Shown here piece by piece: positions 40,588-55,380 of a stretch of 64,000 nucleotides of DNA. Under the pieces are notes generated by a model. That model made no database searches. It was given only the letters and a program-made list of their open reading frames with translations, and had not been told where the DNA came from. Source of the stretch: Chrysomallon squamiferum (lineage: Eukaryota; Animalia; Mollusca); NCBI GenBank assembly GCA_012295275.1, contig CM022670.1, forward strand, positions 13,206,001 to 13,270,000. The letters are read 5' to 3'. The first letter of the stretch is position 1. The number at the start of each line of letters is the position of its first letter. The translations under genes and the position numbers were made by a program.

Positions 40588-42516
40588 ATGGAAGAAAAAA
40601 CAAATGACGAAGACTTGCCCAAAATATCAATTCCAAAGTCAAGTTCATTTTCACCTAAAATCACACGCCCAAAATTACCTTCTTTTTCAAGTGGGCGTTC
40701 AACAAGCCCCAGGGCCAAGACTGACCCTGGACGAGGTGATATTAAATCCATCATGGAGGATATTATGAACCTAAATAAAGTGGACTTTCCTAAAACATAT
40801 GGTCGTCCTCGAATGAGATCATCACCCGGCCACGGCAAATCTCAGTCAACAAATAGTTCACCTTCTGCATCACCCAGTCTGGGAGATATACATTCAGGTG
40901 ATGAACAAGCTTCAGCTTTTTCTCGCAATCGTAGTCGCAGTCTGAAACAACTGACTAACAAGCTGAAAAGTGGGAAGTATGCTTCTGATAACCAACAAAC
41001 CAACATTCCTGAAGGATCTGAACAAGCTGACCCAATCCCTGATGTGAACATAACCGACACTGATGCCTTGTCTCGTGAATCTAGTCCTCCTCAAACAGCT
41101 TGTCATGCTGCTGTTGGTAAAGAACAAACTGGAAATAGGTCAAAGGAGTCCAGTCCTGTTTTGGAACAGTTGCAGATGTCAGCTGATAGAGATTCAGAAG
41201 CTGTGCCCAGTGAATGTGGTTCTGAACCACACAGACAAGAATCAATCGACAGCCTTGATCATGAACAGACCCCAGACAGTGATGCCACAGATGAGCACAG
41301 TAGTGAAATAAAGACTAGTCATGAATATCTGACTCTGAATATGGACAGACAGGCAGAAGATGAAGGTGTTGAAGAAGGAGATGCCCCATCACCAATTGTC
41401 AGCACTTTCACTTACCATCCTATTGGAAGAAACTCACCTTTCTTGAAACTGGCATCAACTTGCCCAAAGAGAAGAACAGGTATTACAACACTGGCCACAC
41501 TAGGCCGAGTACAGCAGCTGTATGGAAAAGGAGAGGATGGAAAGACTGAAGATTCATCGGGGAAAAGATTTCAAAGGCGAGATGGTTCCCAACAAAAAGG
41601 AACTCAGAAAATCTCTCCAGTAAGATTCATAACTCACCCACCTCACAGAAAAGCATCATTCCGAGAAGATGGCTCTATGGACAGCAATGGATTTGGTGCT
41701 TTGAAAGCTTCTTCAGGAGACAGTGATGATGAACAGAAATTAAGTCAGCTTTCACTGACAGACAGTCAGTATTGTCCCAGTGAAGGAATGGAAGATTCAT
41801 ACCAGGAGGTTGTGGAGAGTGTTGTAGGAGACCACAGTGATTCAGAGAAACAGGACAGGAAAAATGGCAAATCATTAAAACAGAAATCCAAGAGTGATCC
41901 CAGTGGTGACAAAACACGGGACTTGGGGGACTTTCCTAAAGTCAGTGAATCTTCCCAGTCCCACAGTGCTCCTCTCCTGTCTAAAGATGACAGAGAAGCA
42001 AGCTCAGAGGATGATGAGAAAGCAGAAAGCAAACCAAAATCAAGCTCAGAAAACATTTTATCTAGTGGCAGCAATGTTGATGAAAGCACAGCGAATCATG
42101 GCACTGATGATGATGAAGTTGATCAGATTGAGTCAGAAAACAGCCAGTTACCGAGTCCTTCGTCAGCTCACAGTATTACAGTGTTATCTTCTAGTCCCTC
42201 CCCAACACAGGATTTACCAGGCTCAGGCTCATCAGAGCAGCATTCAGAGAAACTGTTAAGTGTTCCTTCTCCTCGGAAACCTATTCTTCGCAGTGCTAGC
42301 TCAGCTAGTGTATTGACACGAAAAACGTATGGATCTAGCAGTAAGGACAAGGATCATATTCGGAAGTACAGTATTACCACTGATGAAAAACAGGCTAGTT
42401 TGTCTCCAGATTTCTCTCCTCTTGGAGATTCTGGATTGGCTACAAGTATGCCTGTCGTGTGGAAGGACAGGGTTGGTAGATCTGAATCTCCAGAAAGGGA
42501 TCCTTCTTTTATTAAG
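40588..42516 (+). CDS. First coding exon (643 codons) of a large unidentified protein; Ser/Asp/Glu-rich, predicted disordered N-terminus
   Basis: Acceptor TTTTTTAG| at 40531/40532, Kozak-type ACCATGG at 40585-40591, an uninterrupted frame, and donor AAG|GTAAGT at 42516/42517 (phase 0). No recognisable folded domain. Confidence 0.85.
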
Positions 42517-43612
42517 GTAAGTTAGTTTAATATCTAATATTTGTACACATAACATTTCTTTTTTACACTACTCATGGAACTTTTAAACCAGGTGGCATAT
42601 TATTTACCGAAGTAAGATTTCATCATGGAAACCAGCTACTGGTATGTTTCATTCTCAAAAAGATGATGATAATATGACTGTGAAGAGATACTAGATGTTG
42701 TAAAATGACAGTGAATAACAAACCATATTATGTTGTTTAGAATGTGAACCAGCAATTACAGGTTAAAACAAGATGAGCAAGAACTACATGAATCTGTGCA
42801 TCAAGGACAAGCATTATGTTAGAATCATTATGAGGATAATAAGACCCTTCCTCCTAAAAAGTAAATTATAAAATTACCAGAACAGGATAAATAAAAATAA
42901 TATCTCTGTGATCCTCATATGCTTTATTATTATTATTATTATTAAAAAAAATTTAACTTGTAATTCTGAATCACAGTCAAATTCTTTTAACACAGGCTAC
43001 ACATACAGAGTATGTTTACAAAATGTAATTGGGTTTTTTTTATATGAAATAACACCATTAGGCTGTAATCCTAAAACATTAAAATAACTTGCATTGGCCT
43101 AATGAAAACAAAACAGAAATCTGTGGGCTGAGATTACTGAGGGGATCTGTTGTGTGGACAGAGTAAACAGTTTGCAGCTTTTTGCAGTCTGCGAAGTGCA
43201 CACCACAGAGTCTAACAGCAGTGCACTTGTTGTGCAATCAATGGTCCTGTGTGATGTTTGCTCCCTGCCATTTTCTCCAGTCTGTGTCATGATGCACCTG
43301 TGTAGCAGACAGGTGTGGAGGACGCAATCACCATTTTATGTTTACCTGGGAAATTAAAAAAAAAAAAAAACATCACTTGCCATCAGGATTTTCTTTTTTA
43401 TTATTTTTTCTTCTTCTTTTTTTTTTTTTTTTTTAATACTGAACAAATATTAATTTTTTCACATTACAGCTGTTTTTCCTTTTCTTTCTGTTTTTAAACC
43501 ATTTCATTTTTTTTATGTTACAACATTTTCAAATTTTTTTTTTTTTCAGCAGTTATTTTGTAATGCAGATTAGATCATTGCTTTCATACAAAATCTTACA
43601 TATTTTTTTTTT

Positions 43613-43643
<31 letters not shown>

Positions 43644-46421
43644 AACCTTAAAATTTTAGTTTTATATTTCATCCAAAACAAGTTTTACATATTCATTTCA
43701 GTTAAAAAAAAATGTAGTTGTTTTTTTGCAAAATCACTGCTGTTCTTAAAAGACTATGTGACATGTCAGTTGATGATTTATTTATGTTCAAGCCACCATT
43801 AAAATCACAGCTTTCATAGAAGATGTATGTAAATATGCAAGTGCCTTGAGTTCAAGTACTAATGTTATCAGGAATACATGTACATGTATTTATAAATAGG
43901 TTTATTTTTTATCTTCATTACCCAGATGGCTGGCAACCCCTGACTTGTAAAACTGTGCTACTAATACATTTCTGTATGGTTGAGTCATAGCTTCTGTTCA
44001 TGTGTTCTGTATCACCAAACATGTTCTCTAATATATGTTTTTTTTTTTGTTTTGTTTTTTACATCTTGGACTAGAGCAGATTTCAGCTTAATGGTTATAT
44101 CAGTGGGTTACAAAATCAGTTCTATTTAGTGCACCCTTTGAGCAGTTCCACTCCCAGCTGGTGATCCGCAACTGGTTTATCAAGCGACATCTATGGAAAA
44201 AATGTACAATATCCCTTGCTGCAATTGCAAGTCACAGAGAGTCAATTATGAAGTGGCAGCACAAAGAGATTTCCATTATATGTTACGAGAGATTTATTTT
44301 TGATAACTTAATAACTGTAATTACGTCAATAAATTTTAACTTTGTATAGTTCATTTGATCTCAGAACAAAACTGTTCATATTTTTTGGAGAATCTGCCAT
44401 TTAATTATTAAGAATGGATATTTAATTTTCAGTTGTTAGTTACTCCTTTCATAAACATGTCTGTATAAGTTCTGGTTTAAAAATAGTGTCTGGTTGAAAT
44501 GGAAAAAAAATAATCCAGTCACTGGAGCATTTTGTCACCTTGTTAAAAGTGTTGTGTTGTCTCTAGAATGAGGACATGGTCACAATCTGTACATACCATC
44601 ATGGACAGCAAAGTTAGTTGATGGCTTATTTGTCCATCTGGTTTAGAGGCATGCCTGTCACTGATTACTCCACTGACCTTGTTTATTTGATTAGTGGTCA
44701 GAACATTCTGCTTTACTAGTTCTGTTAGGTTACTGGCTCTTCCAGGTTCTCTTTTGCTGGTCCTAATTGTCCTCTTAATTGCTAAACTTACTTTTTAAGA
44801 ACAACTTGCACCATTGTGGTGTTTTTATTATTTTTATGAGGGAGATGTATATGTGTTTTTTCATAAGGTTTGATGAAAGAGTTTGTGTGTGATAGAAAGT
44901 TAAGAAAGCTTGCATAAATTTATGAAGAGAATTTGTGTATGAAAGGTGTGTGTGTGTGTGTGTGTGTGTGTTAAAAAGGGAGTTTGATATGTGAATGTTT
45001 GTGTAAAAGTGAGAGAATGTGTTTGAGGGAAAGAGCAAGAGACAGAGACATTTCTTATGTGTGAATGTTAGGGGTTTTGGTTTTAGATGTTGGATGTATG
45101 TTACCAAAGTGGAGCATCTTATGTTTATTTTTTAATAAATAAAAACAATATAAAACAGTGAATAAATTAAAATATAGCTAAAGATAATAGTTGTTTTTGT
45201 TTACATTAAAAACAAAAATGTATAAAATTTCATATTTGCCTGCAGCCATTTTCAAAACTCCAAGGCTAAAGATATTCTATTTCTTTTTAATTGTTTTATT
45301 TATATTTTTTTTTTTTTTTTTTTTTTAATTTTTAAAAAAAAGTGAAATAAACACATTTGTTAATGGTGGGATTTTTTTTGTTTTGTTTTGTTTTTGTAAT
45401 TTCCAAATGACACATACATCTAACAAACAACTCGGTGTGCTTTTTTGTATTACACACACACAGAGCAAAAACAGGCCCTCAGGATATAACCTTTGTGTTT
45501 GCTTCTTGTACTGTTAACGTTTGATACGTAATTGATGTCTACAGAATAATGGTAAACCGTTTTGGGGAACTCCCACAGAGCCCAGTATTTCTGTCTTCCT
45601 GTAATGAAGATTGTAAAATGTCTGCCACTGCTAGGCTTTTTCTCTCTAACTGAAGGTGTTTGTCCAAGGTAAATGAGTTGCCCTCTGGCTGTTGACCCAG
45701 CCAGACCTGCCCATTGGCTGCTTGCAGGTCATTTACTTACTTCAGAAGGTCATGTTACACAAATTTGCAGTGAAAATGAAAGAGGGAAAATCATCATTAA
45801 GTGTTCAAGTGATTTTTTTTGTGAAACAATAATTGGTCTGGGTGGTCTTGGCATTTGAAAATTATTTCCTTTTTTTTTTTTCTGAAATAGATTATAAATA
45901 GCATTGGAGTTTTATTTTTAGGAATGGCCATTTATAAGTAGGTGTATGTATATATATATATATATATATATTTACAATTCAGCCATTTTGCTAGTGTTGC
46001 TATTTTTGTTTTTATTACAAATTGTTTATTGTTTGTGTAGTGAGATAGTACACAAAGGTGAACGTCCTACTAAATCTTTCTCGTGATTACATACACGAAG
46101 CTGCTGTTTAGATAAATACATAGTTTCATTTGGGCAAGAAAGTTCCAACACTTTTTTTTTTATTTCTTCTACCTCAGCGTTTCCATCTCACTGTTTTCTT
46201 CATTGTGTCAGTCTACTTCTCTTCTTCTTCTTTCGCTTGATTAATCTGTCAGAAGAAAAAAGTGCAGCAGTGTTAAAAAAAAAATAATTGAAGGATGAAC
46301 TAAAAAAAAGAAATGGAGAAAGGTTATCTGCATTTAATGAGTCTTGTGCTCTTATTTACATATTTATAATTAAGAATCTGTGTGTGCATGAAGTTAAGTT
46401 TATACACACACACACCCATAC

Positions 46422-46452
<31 letters not shown>

Positions 46453-46956
46453 TTATTTGTCTGTGTGTGTGTATATATATAAATATATATATAATGTGTG
46501 TGTCTAGTGTTTGCAGTATTTTTGTCTGTATTACACTTTTATCATGACAAAACATGAATCAGTATATTGAAAAAAAGCTACTAAGCAGTAAACCAAACAA
46601 TACTTTAAAATAATGAACTGTCAGTGAAATGTTATGATGCCAGCTCTGCTTTCAGTAGTTTTGCTGATCTTTCTCCCTCCAAGAGGAAGTAATGTGTCTC
46701 AGGTTGTTTCAAACATGTCTCTGTACAGGTTGTGTTATTCCACAGTGTCCACCCATGGCAAGCATTAACATCCATCACATCTGAGTCGCTGTGGTGTTAT
46801 TGTGGGGCTGACAAAGTTTTGAAGTATCGTACCTTTCTTTCACAGAGCTTTACTTTAAAGGTAGCGAATATGTGTGTTAATAGCATATTTCAAATAAAAT
46901 ATCTTGCAGATGTGAGCATGAATATGTGAACTTGTGTGTGTGTGTGTGTATATATG

Positions 46957-47012
<56 letters not shown>

Positions 47013-50000
47013 CATACATACACATTTGTGCACATAATATACAAACCTCTATAGAATATATACATGAACACGTATTTACATAACACTGACAGCGTTCTGA
47101 TGCTGCACACATGAAATGTTAATAATATAAAACATTTAAAAACAAATTTATTTATGATAGCTTTGGAAGACTGCTGTGGAAAGAAATTACCAGTATGCTA
47201 AGTTTCAGATTGTTTCCAGAAAATGCATGCGTGTACGTGGTGTTTATTTTATTCTTGGCAACCTGTGGCTGTGTTAATTTTGTAACATAGCATGATCCAC
47301 ATTGTGATGAGAAACATTTAACAGTATCGCCATGCTTCACTGAATTCTTAATTTGAATAATTTAAATGGGGTTGATCTATTTTGCACATATATAATAAAA
47401 ATAGTTTGATTATCATTTATGCAAAAAAAAAATAAAAATTGTTACAGTGAATTTTTGATAAGAATTAGAGCAAAGCAAATGTACATTCTCTAGATGCTTT
47501 CACAGTGTCTTTTAGAATTGACCCTAAAAGTGTATCTTATTTTAAGAATGTTGATGGTCATTTACAAGAATTTAAGAAATTTGAAGTACTGTCAAATATA
47601 AAAAAAAATATATATATATATAAAACTATCACAAAAGACAAAAGTGTATAAACTCAAGGCATTGTTGAGAACAAATTGTTGAATTTCTTTAGAGTTTATA
47701 AAATCTGAGTTTGTGACATTTGTTAAATATCTGGAAGGTCAGAACGTATTTCCGACAGATCATCAGAAAGCTGTCAGCGCTGATGATTATTGTCAGAGGT
47801 ATGATCACACAAGTGAGCAGTGTTTGTCAAACCTGACGTGAAACACTTTGTCATGTAGTAACACAGCTAGTGTGATGTTCAACACCTCATTCTGGTCATT
47901 GTTTGACACTCTATCAAGTTTTGAAGCTGTTTTAAAGTCTAATATTTAACAGTGATTAATTAAAGATTATAATGATCTAACTGTTTGTATAAATTAGCTT
48001 TGACTGTGTTAATATATGTTTATCTGGGCATGATTAAGTAAGGTAATAATGACATGGACAAAAAATCAATTTCTGTTTTTAATAAGTCTGAATCTGTTAA
48101 TGCTAAGGAAACTTCGAATGACAAAGAAAATGTAACACTGATACTTATTCTTAATTCCAATATCAATGTTTAGAATGGAATTCAAACAAAATCATAAAAT
48201 TACTCAGACATCTTAAAGGACACCTTAAGTGAACATTAGATGATCACAAACTATTTGATAACACAAACTCTGACCACCTAATTAATCTACTTGGACAATA
48301 CATTCCTCAAGGGGGCAGTCCAGTGATGCAGGAGCCATGTAAATATACCAGTTTTATTGGTTAAATCGTCTATCAAGATCTTCCCTGGGATTAATGATGT
48401 CTGGACGGCTGCCTTTGTCAAACAGTGGCATTTTGTTTGACATTTCCAATTTGGTCTACATGTCTTCTGAGAACCATGTAATGTGATATATAGTTGTGTG
48501 TACATAGGTTCCAGGAAATGATAACTGGGTTACTGTGACCTACAGTGTTAATTAGTTGTCCAGAATCAGTGACAGGCTGTTAGTGGACAAAATAGGTAAA
48601 ACATGATGTTAAAATATATATATATGAGGTAAAGGTGACATATTACTGCATAAATATGTTTTGATACTTCCAAATAATTATTTTAATAGTTTGTGGACAT
48701 CAGCTTTATGTATGACAATAAAATAACTATCAGCCATTTTTGTATCTTTGGTGACATCACTTTGTATATGTGAATCTTTTCTCCACTGTTATAAATATGA
48801 AATTATATCACAAAATTCAGCTACTAAAGTTATTCGATTGTCATACTTTTATTTTAGCAAAGTTTGGTATCCTAAAACAAAAATAAACAACACACTGAAT
48901 TTATAATATATTCCTACCTTATAGAAATTCATAAAATGCTAAACATTGATAATGAATGTGATAAATGTTTAGTAAATTAAATCTCAAAGCAATGTTTAGA
49001 TCATTAATTATAAAATATCAGTCTTGTCTTTTTGTAATGTTAGTGTAAAAAAAAAAAAATTGTTTGCTTCATTGCACTGTAGTATAGTCTTACCAGTTTT
49101 TGAAAAAAAAAACTTTTTACAAAGACTTTGAAAAACTCCTTTACATTCATATTTTGCCTATCACTGATCTCATAGGCCAAAGGTCTCTTTAATTTATTTC
49201 CATTTTGAGTTAATGTTACTGAGCACGACATCAGTGTTAAATAATGTAAAATAATGCAGTAATGTGTAATTACACTGCAGTGCAACAACAGGGTTGTTTA
49301 AAATAACAAATAGCCTCTTTTAGATTTTGTCTTTTTCAACATATAATAATCAGTCATCTTCAAATGCAGCTGGCATTTAGATCCTGTTTCTTCTTAGTAC
49401 ATGTATTGTTCTCCATATCAGTGTCACCAAATTATAGATTATGATGTAAGAACTCATTAATACTGTCCATCCAAATTCTGTCTCTTTTTGGACCTGTTCT
49501 ATCATTTCAAATACTCTGTTCACTTCAGACTCTTTTTTTTGATATACTGTTCTAGATTGGCAGCAAAGATAACAGTTTGTGTTTTTTTTGCTTTACAGCA
49601 CAAAAGCTGATCATTAATCACTACCCTTTTGTGTTTTTCTGAGATTTTATCCAACCATTAAATATTCAGTTTCAGATTTTCATGCCAATGTTTTTTTTTT
49701 TCAACAATTTTTTAAAATATGAACAAAGGTTATCATTTGTTTGTATAATACACTTTTCACAATAATAGTAGAATCTATTAATCATTTTTGATATGCACTT
49801 GAGATTTCTCATTCATACTAGACCTTTTTATATATACATATATATACATTTAACCCCAAAACCAATATCCTAAATGACCCTTGACTTCGAATTAGCAATT
49901 TAAAAAACCACAACAATGATAGCCAAGACCTGACAAATCAGTAAAGGTAGATATTTTGTTTTGTTTTTTGTTTCATCTGTTGAAAAACTAAACATTAAAA

Positions 50001-50034
50001 AACCATTATATATATATATATATATATATATATG

Positions 50035-50180
50035 CAGCATTATACAAATCAAAGGTCAGCTGGATATTTGTTAATAAAAAATTTAAAAATATATATATAT
50101 ATATTTATTATTATTTTTTTTTTTTATTTTAAGCAATTTTATATTAAACATCCAGCTGACCTTTCACTTGTATAATGCTG
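50035..50180. repeat. Fold-back inverted repeat (MITE-like)
   Basis: CAGCATTATACAAATCAAAGGTCAGCTGGATATTT pairs with AAACATCCAGCTGACCTTTCACTTGTATAATGCTG around an AT-rich core. Confidence 0.8.
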
Positions 50181-50751
50181 GATTTGCAGTACAAAAACCA
50201 TGTCAATCACAGTCGAGATAAGCTTTGAAGGATCAGACCCAGCTAGTTTTGTTGATTGTTAGTAGCTTTCCCCTAATCCACTGACATGATCAGTAAATAC
50301 ACATTAGTCATCTTGGTGATCCATGTCACATTAAAACCTTATTGATTTACACATGCTTTCAGACAAACGCCTGCAAGAATAAAAAGAGCACAACACCAGC
50401 AATAAAAGTGAATCGTGCTGGTCGACAGTGTTGAATAACTAACTCTGTTACATGGTGTTGGGTTGTGATTTAGGATGGTGTAGCTGTTTGGTGCCATGGC
50501 TTTAATGAACAAGTAATTGGTGATTTATTGAGTTCTCTGTGCATAGTTGCTGGTCAAAGGAGCAGTGGATGAATGCATTGATAGGGTTCACCACCAGTTT
50601 GTGTGTTAACACCTTGGGCTGTTTGATTGCGATACACCACTTACAAGCATTTTGTGTACAGTCTCGCCCATGTCAGGCTTTTGAAAGTAATGGTGAAACG
50701 ATTGTTGACAGGGTCAGAATTTTTTAAATGATTGAAAAATGATTAAATAGA

Positions 50752-50791
<40 letters not shown>

Positions 50792-50834
50792 ATAAAGATG
50801 TTGAAATAAAAGGTGAAGAGGTATTAGCAGAATG

Positions 50835-50880
<46 letters not shown>

Positions 50881-51894
50881 AGGATATCAAAAACAAATAT
50901 CATTATTACCAACAGTTTCAATTGAAAAAAAAAAAAAAATAACTATTGATAACTATAAATAAAATAAAATAAAATAAAATAAAATACAGTACTAAGACAG
51001 ATAAGAATTCAGCAGACATTTTATTTTTTATTAGGCCAGATTAATCCTTGAACCAGTTTGAGTGCATGCAAGCCAATGACCGTGTATCTGGTAATCATCT
51101 TGATTCTCAGACCTTTATCTAGTTTATATCAGTTATGAAAAGAAATCCCCCAAATAAAATAGAGAATCAAGTGCTGCTCCATAATGTGCTCATGTAAATT
51201 TTAAAGCAAAAGGAAAAAACATATTTCTGTAAAAAATAACATAGAGTTAAAGTTTCTAATTTTTTTATTTTTGTTGTCCCCAAATCTCTATTTGCTATAT
51301 TGCTTGGGCTGCATTGTGTTACATATCTGAAAAACAAAGGAAGATAGAATGACAGATACAGACTGAATGGAAGAAAAAGATAGATGGAAAAGATGAATTG
51401 ACATATTGAGAGAAAGGCTATTTTATGTCATTCTGTTTCTGTGTTATGTCATTCTGTTGTAGTCAACAAGTGGTCAGTGTGAGTGACAGAGGGAGAGGAG
51501 ACGTGTCACTGCTGTCCGCAGGAGATCAGCCCTGTCATTTCAGATGTTGTGTAGCAACCACTGAATCACCTCTTCTCTTCAAGTACAGCAAGGTGAAATA
51601 ACCCAGCCAAACATCAAACGTATCTGTTACATATAGAATTAGTGGCTCTTTTCAGAAATGAATAGTCAGGGAAGGTCTGATACAGATCTCAGTGTGTCTA
51701 AACAGCCTGGGGGCTTCCCCTCCACTTGTGCTTGTAGAGAGATGCCCATTCACTTACCAGCAAATCCGAAATCTTTTTTACTTCTTGCTTTTTCTCCAGT
51801 GCCAGCAGACTAATACACCTGGTCTCATTATTCATTCAGTTAATTGCATCTGCATGTAGTCAGCTGTAAGTGGAAGCAAGCTTTGCCACTTGGT

Positions 51895-52074
51895 ATGCAG
51901 GCACTGGCATGGTGTCCAAAAATTACGTTTGTTCTCGTATTAAACTGTCTCTTTCCCTGCCACCTCTCGGTCATGGTGATATTTGTGTTGGTGCTACTTT
52001 CTGACTTCGGCTCATCCATCATTCGTTTCATCCTCACACAAATATCCATGCTAATGTCATATCTTTCTAAGGAG
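51895..52074 (+). CDS. Possible alternative first coding exon (60 aa, hydrophobic)
   Basis: MQALAWCPKITFVLVLNCLFPCHLSVMVIFVLVLLSDFG...SKE ends at GAG|GTTGGT in phase 0, the same phase as the 42516 donor; non-repetitive sequence. Confidence 0.3.
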
Positions 52075-52596
52075 GTTGGTTCATCAAATGAGTAAATGAA
52101 TAACTGTCTTGTAAATTGCTTAATTACACGTATATATTTGTTTACGTTATACTTATAGCTGGACATTTTTATAAAACAGTGCAGGGTGATTTTTTCAGAG
52201 GAATTCTTTGATCAAGAAGTCTGTTTTCAGTAGAAACTTATTTTATTGAATTTTTTTTCACTAACTATTATTACAGTTGATAGTATTCTGTTGTTACCTG
52301 TTGCTTTTAACTAAAACTGCATTCACTGACAATTTAGCATCTTTATTACATTGTCCTTATCTTCCCTTTGCTGGAACATGATAAGGACAGCCATCTTTAA
52401 CACTTGTGAGATTTGTTTTCTTTTTCTGCATTTATTATGATTAATTCTTATAAACCAAGATTCAGCTTTTTAAATTTATTTTATTTTTAAACTGCTTGTC
52501 AACAGATACTTAGGTATTTGGGTATATACTGTATTAAGGAAAATTTGGTTTTAGAGTTTCAAAATTCTAAAGTAATAAACGCACAAGAATAAATAT

Positions 52597-52817
52597 ATTT
52601 TAAGTTCCTTATAAAAAAATGTATTATATATATATAATAATTTTTTTATAAGGAACTTAAAATGTTATTCATGTCTGCTTTGTGTGTGTGTGTGAGTGTT
52701 TATCAACATATACATATATATAAGTGTACACACATATGGCATGGCTATGCACACACAATATACATGCACACTTACATACACACAAGCAGACATGAATAAC
52801 ATTTTAAGTTCCTTATA
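52597..52817. repeat. Three-arm palindrome / inverted repeat
   Basis: ATTTTAAGTTCCTTATA occurs at 52597, inverted ending at 52663, and direct again at 52801, with extended inverted identity between 52647-52690 and 52778-52817. Confidence 0.8.
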
Positions 52818-53242
52818 CTTAAAAATTATTATACTTTTGTTTATGGTAGAGCAGATGGTAAAGCTTTTGTAGATCAAAATAACAGTTATTTAATTCAAAT
52901 AATCAAAACCAGATAGCTAAGTCTTTATTATAATTTGTTTTATCCATGATACAAACTGCAGAGATCAGTTATCTGTGAATACTTGAATTCTGCAGTCATA
53001 AAACAGTTTGTATTATTTTCAAAAACTGAAAGTGAAAAAAAATGTAACAAGTAGACAGAGACCACAGAGAGTCAGGAGGCACAAATGTGATGTAGGATCT
53101 CTGTGACATGAAGTTTTATCAGTCAACCAGTGCTTTTTATTTTTGTCATTTGAAAAGCAGTGACATGTGCTGTTCTGCTAATGGAGAGATATATAAAAAT
53201 AATCCATTGCTTTAATCTGGAGGGAGAAGAGAAATTTTCTCT

Positions 53243-53283
<41 letters not shown>

Positions 53284-54051
53284 TTTGTGTGTATGTGTGT
53301 GTGAGAGAGAGAGAGAGAGAAAGAGATTAATTACTGAAAACTTGTTTGTACCCTGTAGTGCTGTTGCTAAATCTTTAGCATATTTTAACTTCTTCAGAAC
53401 CTGACTTGCTAGTTAGATAAATAATTTGTTTGATCTTCTTATGACAAAATACAAATAGTTGTGTAGACACTTCTGTTTTTAGAAAGCTCTTTACTCACAT
53501 CTCCAGTTTCCAAAGCAATACATGTACATTGTGTGTTAGTGTTGGCAGCAGATCCACACTAACTTGCAAAGTAATTACAGCCATAAGCCCCACACTGCTC
53601 TTTGAAATCAAGGAAGGGGTTTGTACAAAACTGCATAATGAAGGGCTATTCTTCAGGTAGTGTTTGTTATCAAAGATACTCAGCTGAACTTTTCATGCTG
53701 ACCCCCATTTGTTCCTGGAGAAAACGCCTTTGGTCTGGCAGTGAGTAAGAAAAAAAAAAGAGAGAGAAAAACATAAAGTTTAGAATTCTTTGATTCTGTT
53801 TTTTAACTGTCTAACCATGATTTTGTTGATGAATAAATATAACTTGCAATCTCTTCACAGATAGTTTGCCAAGCCAGCTCCATTTCCTTGTGACTATGAT
53901 TGCCAAATCTAAATGGCACGTGTTTCCTGCAGAAACCTAAAAATTTCCCTCATTTAATATTTATTTTGGAAAGCTGTGTTTTGGCAGGACTGTATTAAGA
54001 TTTTAATTTTTACTTGCATAATAACAGGAATATTTTCATGATACTCAGCTC

Positions 54052-54082
<31 letters not shown>

Positions 54083-55380
54083 CTGGATGCTTTAACTGCA
54101 TTAATTTGGAAACACAATATGATAGATCATCTTAGTAATTTTTAATGGAATTACTGGATCTTGTTTGGTTACACACTGCGATTGTATAACACACTGAATC
54201 TTGGTAATTTTCATGAAACCAAATAGTAGAGACTTTAATTTTAGCTTATGATAGTTTAATCTGATATAGTTGACAGTTGTTTAATGTTCTCGTGAAACTG
54301 GATAATATGGAGATGTTTATTTTAGTTAATTTCTTTTACATGACACAGTCAGACATCTTTAATATATTTTATGTTTTTGTTTTTTAAAAAAAGAAAAATA
54401 AATAAATAAAACGAATAAAGTATTAAAAAAAAAAAAGAAGAAGAAAAAGAAAGAAGCAGATCCATAAATATTCCAGTAAAAAAAATGGAGATATTTAATT
54501 TATCTAACTTAGTAACATAATACATTATACAGTCAACCATTTTGAATATTTTTCTGAAAATTGATCTGTTTTCTTAAAATAAATGTGTAGTTAAACATAT
54601 GTATGCTGAAGGTATGCACAATGCATACACGTGTAAATATACAATAGGAGTTCTGAAATAGCTTATCTGCTGAATCAGCCTCGTATAGACATATATATTA
54701 CATACTTGTATGTTCACTCACTGAACTGGCAGCATGCATAAAACCCTTTATCTTGCATGTACGTGAGTATATAACAGCTTTATTGTACGTCTTATTACAC
54801 AGTCATATTATAATTTTTTCTTTCATGTAATACGATTCGTTTTATCTCTCTGTTGATCAGCATTTATTTTCATTATTTTTATTAGTTGTTGCCATGAACA
54901 TTATATTATAAGAACTATATTACGTTTTTTTTTCTTTTATTAATCTTCACATAATTCTGTTTTTATGGGGTTTGAATTATTATTATTATAGGTTTTTTTT
55001 ATTGGTTATTAGTTGTTGTATAATTATTTTATTAGAAAAAATGCCAGTTACATGGGAGAGAATCTTAGGTGCAGACTTCTTTTTTAAAAATAATTTTAGC
55101 ACCTTTGTTATTATTGTTTGTCTCTTTGTTTCTTTGTTTCTTTGTTTGTTTCATGTTTTTTGTGTTTTTTCAATTATCTTACTTGATAATGATTATTTTA
55201 TTAGTATAAATACTTCTGTATTACCTGAAATAATAACAGTAACAGTAACAGTAATAATAATAATATTGTTATATAATATCTAATAATTTTATTAGAAGAA
55301 GAAAATGAATGACGTATCTGAGACTCTATTTGTTTATTAACATTGTCATTTACTTTTTTTAAATTTATTATCTTGTTCCT

